Assembly: GCF_006345805.1 (NCBI RefSeq)
Contig: NW_021828405.1
Span: 1-8,357 of the forward strand
Length of the DNA: 8,357 bases
Direction of reading: 5' to 3'
Origin: Octopus sinensis
Lineage: Eukaryota
The notes beneath the pieces are model-generated. The model made no database searches and had not been told where the DNA came from. It saw only the letters and a program-made list of their open reading frames with translations. How positions within the stretch are numbered: position 1 is the first letter of the stretch; each line of letters starts with the position of its first letter. This document shows, in pieces, positions 1 to 6,464 of the stretch. The position numbers were made by a program, and so were the translations under genes.

Positions 1-402
1 GGGACCTGACTTCTCTTCTCAGCTTCTTAATCAAACACAGAAAGCACGTCAGCTAAGCGATCTATCGTCTGCCAGGCGATCTATCGTGTGACGAATGAAA
101 ATGGAAGATGCGCCATTTTAAATGGCATAACAGTCATGAAATTGTAGCTGTTTAAAGAAAATGCATTTAAAAAAATAAAATTATTTCAAGTTTACTTAAT
201 ATTGCTCAGTGGGGATGGATAGATTATTATTTAAATTTTTTTGGCATTTTCTCTCTATTTTTCTTCATCTTGCAAACTTATTGCAGTTAGAGGAGAAAAT
301 TACTAATTATTCTCGATTAGTATAGGTTTTGTTTAAATCTAAAGAGACGTCGTGTCAGAGTCGTGTTGGATCAGAGTTTATCGCATATAGTACTATATAC
401 TA

Positions 403-493
403 TGTCTGTCTGTCTGTCTGTCTGTCTGTCTGCCTGTCTGTCTGTTTGTATGACTGTATGTATGTATGTATGTATGTATGTATGTATGTATGT
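403..493. repeat. Compound microsatellite (TGTC)n-(TGTA)n
   Basis: Directly visible tetranucleotide runs; accounts for the LSVC/MYVC repeats of ORF 329..520. Confidence 0.97.
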
Positions 494-1046
494 CAGGTCA
501 CTTTCGAGTGCTACTGGTAACATGTAACCCAGTACAAACCTGTTGCATGGTCGGGTCGTCGGCGACTAAACCGGTAACCTCCCAAGCTTGCTTGGTGAGG
601 AGGGTGTTTATTGGACACCCTGCGGGATGAAAAACAAAACCCGTCAAAGGGCGGAGGAACTCTTGGGAGTCAACGGCCATCCAATAAATGTGTAATTTTT
701 TTCTTCTTAAGGCTTAAGGTTGTATCATGCGCGGGGACATAGAAATAATCGGACTGAATACCCGATCGCTCGGTTAAACCACTGGGAGTGAAGGACACCT
801 AGCCTTTGTTAGGGCATCCTTCTAGGAGAAGGTAACTCAGGTAACTGGGATAATTCCGACATAAAACCTGCGGCTCAGTGGTTACCGATGATGTTGACAT
901 GTTCTTCTTTTCGGATTATGGCTGCTGTTGCTTAGTGAATGGGATTGACTCACTTTAAAAAAAATCTTCTTGCACAGGCATTACACGATAACAACATTGA
1001 TTAAGCTTCGTGCAATGGCCATACTCGATTACGAGGGGTAGCCACC
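494..1046 (+). mobile_element. Non-autonomous RTE-clade LINE derivative (likely 5'UTR + 3' end) inserted in (ATGT)n
   Basis: GC-richer 553-bp island with sharp borders between (TGTA)n and (ATGT)16. GGGCATCCTTCTAGGAGAAGGTAACTC (812-838) resembles the RTE 5'UTR motif GGGCA..CAGTCTAGGAGAAGGAAAACTC (from memory). Terminal hairpin CTCG-ATTA-CGAG (1024-1035) precedes a microsatellite tail. No RT ORF. Confidence 0.7.
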
Positions 1047-1081
1047 ATGTATGTATGTATGTATGTATGTATGTATGTATG

Positions 1082-1110
<29 letters not shown>
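1047..1110. repeat. Perfect (ATGT)16 microsatellite, probable tail/target of the preceding element
   Basis: Directly visible. Confidence 0.97.
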
Positions 1111-1112
<2 letters not shown>

Positions 1113-1217
1113 TTCAGTTTTATTTCAAGATTTCTTGCCAATAGAGAAAGACCCGATTTCTAACCTAGATCCAAGGATCCTTCATTGGAATTTCAACACC
1201 AACAACAGGGTATTTTT
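1111..1217 (-). mobile_element. Short (~105 bp) interspersed repeat within ATGT repeats, possibly Penelope-like terminal fragment
   Basis: Complex island between ATGT-type repeats. Minus strand has a degenerate hammerhead-like order CCAATGA-hairpin-GAAA-TCGGG-TC. Classification is inference. Confidence 0.4.
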
Positions 1218-1352
1218 GCATGCATGTATGTATGTATATGTACAGATTTGCATGTTACGTTTTGTGTATGTCTTCTCATGCATATACATGCATATCTAAA
1301 CATGCTCGTGTGTACTAAAATGATAAACTTCTGGAAAGTTTTACAGATTTCT

Positions 1353-1474
1353 ATATATGTATGTATGTGCGTGTGTGTGTGTGCCTGTCTTCGTGTGTGT
1401 TGTTCCTATCACTATAAGTTGATAACCGGTGTTCGTCTGTTTACATCCCAGTGACTTAGCGAGTAATAGAATAA
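1353..1474 (+). mobile_element. Diverged fragment of the SINE family at 2169-2588/5976-6390, opposite orientation
   Basis: TTGATAACCGGTGTTCGTCTGTTTACATCCCAGTGACTTAGCG (1419-1461) aligns with the reverse complement of CGCTAAGTGACGGGGACGTAAACACACCAGCATCGGTTGTCA in the full copy. It is preceded by the same TA/TG internal repeat and followed by ATAGAATAA. Confidence 0.75.
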
Positions 1475-1495
1475 ATAAAGTATCCCAGTGCCTAA

Positions 1496-1504
1496 TACAC
1501 CACA

Positions 1505-1579
<75 letters not shown>

Positions 1580-1598
1580 TGAGAGAGAAAGAGAGAGT
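1496..1598. repeat. Compound microsatellite (CA)n(TA)n(GA)n
   Basis: Directly visible. Confidence 0.97.
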
Positions 1599-1923
1599 GA
1601 GTAAAGATTATTTATCAACATAACGTGGCAGTACTGCTTTAGGACGAATGTTACTGTTTTTTAACCCCAGGAAACATCGTCTCCAGCTGGGTATACGACA
1701 CACTATCTGGGTCCTTATATTTATGAAAAACGGACTTTAGTATCCCCTCTCAGCGTAAAACAATATCTGTGTATCGCGATTTCTGGGTTATTTGCATTCA
1801 TCAACACAGAATAACCGTTTGGCTAGAGGTGGTGCTACTAAGTTCTTGTAAGTAATCTTTACTCTAGAGTACTGTTACTGAATATCTCTCGTTGAGAGAT
1901 TTACAAATAGAATTTTTCTATTG

Positions 1924-1924
<1 letters not shown>
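1599..1924 (-). mobile_element. ~325-bp hammerhead-containing non-autonomous element (Penelope-like pLTR / retrozyme-like)
   Basis: Complex island between microsatellites. Contains a minimal hammerhead (1766-1810, minus), a 15/16 inverted repeat (1599-1614 vs 1849-1864) and terminal hairpins. No ORF. Confidence 0.65.
1766..1810 (-). ncRNA. Minimal type I hammerhead ribozyme motif (C3>U variant, probably impaired)
   Basis: Minus strand reads TCTGTG-TTGATGA-ATGCAAATAACCCA-GAAA-TCGCGA-TA-CACAGA: perfect 6-bp stem I, core (C>T)TGATGA and GAAA, weak stem II, palindromic stem III ATCGCGAT, AUA triplet. Predicted cut between 1772 and 1771. Confidence 0.75.

Positions 1925-1970
<46 letters not shown>
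1924..1970. repeat. Compound microsatellite (TC)n(TA)n
   Basis: Directly visible. Confidence 0.97.
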
Positions 1971-1972
<2 letters not shown>

Positions 1973-2155
1973 CAAAATAAGCAACAAGGATATCAGGAAG
2001 TAAGGCAGTACGATCGTTTCATGCGACTCCATTTAATTGTTGCTTATTTTGATTATAATCACCCCATTTTGAATTATATGGATAATACCATACTAAATTC
2101 TGGTGCCTTTAACTTAAGTATTATATTTATCTGAATCTAAAATTTACTGAACTTA
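1971..2155. mobile_element. Short, probably internally deleted Penelope-like element with 17-bp inverted repeat and half-hammerhead
   Basis: ATCAAAATAAGCAACAA (1971-1987) is the exact reverse complement of 2037-2053. Between the arms the minus strand reads GAAA-CGATCG-TA-CTGC (2020-2005). Flanked by (TA)n on both sides. Confidence 0.6.
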
Positions 2156-2168
2156 TATATATATATAT

Positions 2169-2376
2169 ACTCTTTTACTCTTTTACTTGTTTCAGTCATT
2201 TGACTGCGGTCAGGCTGGATCCCCGCTTTTAGTCGAGCAACTCGACCCCGGGACTTATTCTTTGTAAGCCAGTACTTATTCTATCGGTCTCTTTTGCCGA
2301 ACCGCTAAGTGACGGGGACGTAAACACACCAGCATCGGTTGTCAGCAATGCTAGGGGGACAAACACAGACGCACAA

Positions 2377-2423
<47 letters not shown>

Positions 2424-2588
2424 TACGACGGGCTTCTTTCAGTTTCCGTCTACCAAATCCACTCACAAGGCATTGGTCGGCCCGGGGCTATAGCATAAGA
2501 CACTTGCCCAAGGGCCACACAGTGGGACTGAACCCAGAACCATGTGTTTAGTTAGCAAGCTACTTACCACCACGCCACTCCTGCGCCT
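2169..2588 (-). mobile_element. tRNA-derived SINE, near full length (octopus OR/OK-type; CORE-like segment)
   Basis: Minus-strand A box TGGCGTGGTGG (2577-2567), B box GGTTCAGTCCC (2534-2524), CCTTGGGCAAGTG segment, internal (CA)/(TA) repeat, 3' stem-loops and AAAAGAGT-type tail. A second copy is at 5976-6390. Family name is from memory. Confidence 0.92.
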
Positions 2589-2606
2589 ATTATATATATA
2601 ATATAT

Positions 2607-2664
<58 letters not shown>

Positions 2665-2666
2665 TA
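2589..2666. repeat. Imperfect (TA)n microsatellite
   Basis: Directly visible. Confidence 0.95.
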
Positions 2667-2759
2667 TCTGTGTTCGTTTGACTAATATCTTGAGGCGGAT
2701 CCCAGTATTGCCGTACTCCAATAACTGAAACAAGCAACAAATCTAAGATATAAGATAAG

Positions 2760-2795
2760 ACACACACACACACACACACACGTATATACATACAT
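2760..2795. repeat. (CA)n microsatellite grading into TACA
   Basis: Directly visible. Confidence 0.9.
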
Positions 2796-2969
2796 AGATT
2801 TTGATCAAAACGTTGAAAGACGCCTACATATCAGCTAAATTCTGTATAAGCATGTCTGATAGATTATGAGTTAAAGGGTTGAGCTCACCTCTCTCTCTCA
2901 CACACACACATACACGCATACACTCAGGTGAATACACATTTTATATATACTTACTGACATTTTTTACGA

Positions 2970-2989
2970 CATACACACACATACATACA

Positions 2990-3023
<34 letters not shown>

Positions 3024-3037
3024 CATAAATACATACA
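2970..3037. repeat. (CATA)n microsatellite, left flank of the Helitron
   Basis: Directly visible; the same repeat type resumes at 4732. Confidence 0.95.
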
Positions 3038-3103
3038 TCTCTTATTATAAAAGGCAGATTTTATCTGCTTCCCTTTGGGAGTTATACAAATCTACAATAT
3101 AGG

Positions 3104-3544
3104 ATTTCTTCAATTACAATTTACCTAGCATTTTTAAGAGTACAATGCATCGCGTCATGCCAGGTCCAGTTTTTAAAATTTAAACTCCAATTAAGCAAAA
3201 TTTACAGAAAACTCACATTCTGGTGTGTGTGTCAAATGCTTTTCTTAGTCTGGTTTACACCACACGCAAACGCACACACACAGTGGGCAACGAATAAAAT
3301 GAAAGTAAATAGCGACAGAGTGATTTGAGCAAGACTAAACTGAAAGTATTTAAACCACTACTCAAAAAATAAAAAAAACACAGCAAACAGAAACAAATAA
3401 ATACATAACCATTTAATCCTCACACAATTTCTTCAATTAGAATTTACCTAAGATTTTTCAGAGTACTTCAGTGGGTGATGCCATAAAAAATTTCTTTCAA
3501 TTTTACCACCAATTAAGACAAAATTCGACAAAACTCAATATTTT
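3104..3544 (+). repeat. Diverged direct repeat (~115-bp blocks, period 323 bp) inside the Helitron
   Basis: ATTTCTTCAATTA(C/G)AATTTACCTA...AGAGTAC...ATGCCA...CCAATTAAG...AAAACTCA occurs at 3104-3220 and 3427-3544. Confidence 0.85.
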
Positions 3545-3619
3545 AACATATCACTCCGAAAGCATTGATGTACATGTGTGCGTGCGTGAGTGTGTGTGTG
3601 TCATTCCTCACACACACGC

Positions 3620-3691
3620 ATACACATACATATACAACTACATACAACTACATACACATACAACTACATACACATACAACTGCATACAAAC
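3620..3691. repeat. Higher-order CATACAACTA/CATACA minisatellite
   Basis: Directly visible; explains the HTTTYTYNY-type ORFs. Confidence 0.85.
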
Positions 3692-3953
3692 ACGTGTGTG
3701 TTTGTTATTAGTAAAAAAGACGCCAAAACTCAACTCACTTATCATTCCAACACATTTGCAAAGACACACGGACGGACAGAAAAGGTAAATTGGTTTTTAT
3801 TTTACTCTGTATATATTTTATTATATAATATTATATATAGATATATGTATATATAATTGCAGTATGAAACAGTGTTTATGTATAAACAGACGACACTTAA
3901 ATATAGTTACCAAGCCGCCCGAATTTACCTATTCATATTTAAATGAGAATATC

Positions 3954-4055
3954 AGATTCCTAACTACTCCCACATTTTGCGGTGCAGTTTAACCAAAAGC
4001 GGGCATCTTATAGTCGTGATTCATATCGAGCCCTTCTGGGTATTAGCGTGCGTCT
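3954..4055 (+). repeat. ~100-bp near-identical copy of 4380-4480 bracketed by a 13-bp direct repeat
   Basis: AGAT..CCTAACTACTCCCACATTTTGCGGTGCAG...TTAGCGTGCGTCT occurs twice; TGAGAATATCAGA lies at 3944-3956 and 4055-4067. Confidence 0.95.
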
Positions 4056-4235
4056 GAGAATATCAGAGCAAATCTCTTTAGTACATTCGTGAAAACACGT
4101 ATTATACTACGTAACACTTCAACTACAGTTTTGTACAAAAATCGAAGTGTGTAATTTTAATTCCGTGAATTATGGGAGATTTTTTTTCCGAAATTTGTTC
4201 CTATTGTGTTTTCAAAATTTGTAATTCTGACAAAA

Positions 4236-4337
4236 ATGGATACGAATTTCATTATATCAAGCAGCGAGTCAGAATTCGAAGGATTTTCTACTGAAGACCT
4301 TCATAAATCTAACTCTATGACTGAAAAAAAAAAAGCA
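4236..4337 (+). pseudogene. Possible truncated N-terminus of a DNA transposase (piggyBac-like acidic segment)
   Basis: AAAATGG start encoding MDTNFIISSSESEFEGFSTEDLHKSNSMTEKKKA. SESEFEGF resembles acidic motifs at piggyBac/pogo transposase termini. The segment abuts the inner Helitron A|TC junction exactly. No catalytic domain is present. Confidence 0.35.
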
Positions 4338-4731
4338 TCTTTATATAAGAGTGAAGTTGTGTGTCTGTCTCTACGATTTAGATCCTAAACTACTCCCACA
4401 TTTTGCGGTGCAGTTTAACCAAAAGCGGGTATCTTATAGTCGTGATTCATATCGAGCCCTTCTGGTATTAGCGTGCGTCTACGATGAGTCTACGATTTTA
4501 AAAAAAAATTACCATCATATTTTTCCATTTTAATGCATTTTTTTCGCTTTTATATAAGGGAAGTAACTCTCTAAAATATCTACGATGTGTCAACGATTTA
4601 AAAAAAAATTTACCTTAATTTTTTTTCAATTTTTAATGCATTTTTTTTGCTATTTTTGGCTATAACTCTCTAAAAATGCTTATATAGTTATTTCCCTTAC
4701 AAACCCGAGCAACGCCGGGCGATACTGCTAG
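4338..4731 (+). mobile_element. Inner short Helitron unit (~394 bp) providing the 3' terminus
   Basis: Second A|TC start, TCTTTATATAAGAGTGAAGTTGTGTGTCTGTC (TC + TATA-rich + TGTC repeat, typical of animal non-autonomous Helitron 5' ends), running to the hairpin-CTAG end. Confidence 0.75.
4478..4677 (+). repeat. Diverged tandem duplication, 2 x ~100 bp
   Basis: Units start TCTACGATG(A/T)GTC(T/A)ACGATTT at 4478 and 4579, share TTTTAATGCATTTTTTT and end TAACTCTCTAAAA. Confidence 0.9.
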
Positions 4732-4998
4732 TATATACATAAATACATACATACATACATAAATACATACATACATAAATGCATATATACATGCATACAC
4801 ACATACATACATAAATACATACACACACGCATATATATATGAATATTATATATATATATGTGTATATATATACATATATATATATATGAGTACACACATA
4901 TATTTATATCCATATAAATACATACATACATTTACACACACACGCGTACTGACACATACACAGAAGCACATATGTATATATATACATACATACATACA

Positions 4999-5029
<31 letters not shown>

Positions 5030-5081
5030 GTATATATATATATATATATAAATACACGCATATGTATATATATATATATTT

Positions 5082-5120
<39 letters not shown>

Positions 5121-5125
5121 CACGT
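4732..5125. repeat. Long compound (TACA)n/(TA)n/(CA)n low-complexity tract
   Basis: Directly visible; source of the seven spurious ORFs between 4697 and 5192. Confidence 0.95.
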
Positions 5126-5157
5126 GTGTAAGTATATGTGCATGTATACAGGATATA

Positions 5158-5334
5158 TAATCTGGTGACGATCTAGTTAAAGACTCCCTCATATATAATT
5201 AGATAAAGCCTTAATTATCTTAACATTTCACTAAAATTCCTTAATTACCCTGAAAACCATTAGGTTCAATTCCTACTGAAATCTTAATCCTACTCCAGCC
5301 TCACCAAGTTACCACAAAGTCCTTAATCCGATTA
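5158..5334. promoter_or_regulatory. Candidate homeodomain-binding site cluster with P3 palindrome TAATCCGATTA
   Basis: TAATCT 5158, TAATTA 5196/5212/5242, TAATCC 5285, TAATCCGATTA 5324-5334. Motif matches only. Confidence 0.3.
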
Positions 5335-5390
5335 CGCATATTGATCTTTTCTTTCCAGGTCGATCCATCAAGCTGCTTGAGTATTCCGGG

Positions 5391-5468
5391 TTATGTTCGT
5401 TGTTGTTGTTGTTGTTGTTTTCGTTGTTTTTGTTGTTGTTGAAAGTTCTTGCCGTATTGTTGTTGTTG
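5391..5468. repeat. Imperfect (TTG)n microsatellite, possibly the (CAA)n tail of an old minus-strand retroposon continuing to ~5640
   Basis: Repeat is visible and explains the poly-Leu ORF 5400..5591; the tail interpretation is inference. Confidence 0.85.
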
Positions 5469-5539
5469 GTTAGTTCAATGTCAGGGCCAATTGATTACCC
5501 CCTGTCGTCAAAAGCGTTAAAACCATGCTGCTCCAAAGC

Positions 5540-6464
5540 TTTTCTAGGGCATTGTCTACCTTGGATAATATTATTCTATGTTTATCTTTGAAAAGGTCAA
5601 GGAGTAACTTGAGGTAGATTTGGCTGCTATTTTTAGGTTTTAAGGGACCCGCTCTTTGATTCGATCCTACATTTTTCTGGAACTTTGTCTACTTCGGATA
5701 ACATTATCCCATATTTCCCTCATCTTTCAGACTGCAAGGAATAATTTGAGGTAGATTTGACTGTTAGTTTTAGGTTTTAAAGAACCGCTTTTTGATTCGA
5801 TTCTACGTTTTTCTGGAGCATTGTCTGCCTTGGATAACATTATCCCACAGTTCCCTCACTCTCTGAGACTGCAATTAGTAATTTGAGGTAGATTTGACTG
5901 TTAGTTTCAGGTTTTAAGGAATCGTTCTTTGATTCGATCCAATACTTTTGTGGGACATGGTCTACTTTAGATTACACTCTTTTCTCTCTTTTACTTGTTT
6001 CAGTCATTTGACTGCGGCCATGCTGGAGCACCGCCTTTAATCGAGCAACTCGACCCCGGGACTTATTCTTTTGTAAGCCCAGTACTTATTCTATCGGTCT
6101 CTTTTGTCGAACCGCTAAGTAACGGGTACATAAACACACCAGCATCGGTTGTCAAGCAATGCTAGGGGGACAAACACAGACACACAAACATACACACACA
6201 TACATATATATATATATACATATATACGACAGGCTTCTTTCAGTTTCCGTCTACCAAATCCACTCACAAGGCTTCAGTCGACCAGAGGCTATAGTAGAAG
6301 ACACTTGCCCAAGGTGCCATGCAGTGGGACTGAACCCGGAACCATGTGGTTGGTAAGCAAGCTACTTACCACACAGCCACTCCAGCGCCTATCCCATATT
6401 TCTCTTACTTTCTGGGAAAGAAGGGAATAATTTGACGTAAATTTGGATGTTATTTCTAGGCTTT
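5540..6464. repeat. Tandem array of ~133-137-bp units (~3.7 copies); fourth unit interrupted by a SINE
   Basis: T(T/G)GTCT marker at 5552, 5685, 5821, 5958. TAA(C/T)TTGAGGTAGATTTG and TTTGATTCGAT recur in units 1-3. Unit 4 resumes after the SINE (TATCCCATATTT...TAATTTGACGTAAATTTGG). Confidence 0.92.
5976..6390 (-). mobile_element. tRNA-derived SINE, second near full-length copy
   Basis: Colinear and highly similar to 2169-2588. Minus-strand A box TGGCTGTGTGG, B box GGTTCAGTCCC, same internal microsatellite and tail. Confidence 0.92.

Larger units (their letters stand above)
3038..4731 (+). mobile_element. Compound non-autonomous Helitron
   Basis: Begins A|TC (TCTCTTATTATAAAAG) and ends CTAG|T (4728-4731), with GC-rich hairpin CCCG-A-GC-AAC-GC-CGGG (4704-4719) 8 nt upstream. 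It interrupts a TACA microsatellite at an A|T. No Rep/helicase ORF. Confidence 0.82.

Noticed and set aside
1670-1690. Plus-strand GAAACATCGTC as another half-hammerhead
   Set aside because: No upstream CTGANGA or stem I partner, and stem III is not palindromic.
1971-2053. MITE or miRNA-hairpin reading of the 17-bp inverted repeat
   Set aside because: The right arm is internal, with ~100 bp of complex sequence before (TA)n resumes, and the 49-nt loop is largely unpaired; a Penelope-like inverted end fits better.
5341-5392. Splice acceptor-like TCTTTTCTTTCCAG|G (AG at 5357-5358)
   Set aside because: No convincing downstream donor or coding signal before the (TTG)n tract; may be a decayed SINE piece. 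The same applies to TTTTATTTCCCCCAG at 6699-6713.
5540-5975. CRISPR-like reading of the periodic array
   Set aside because: Whole ~135-bp units are homologous with no unique spacers; eukaryotic context and no cas genes.
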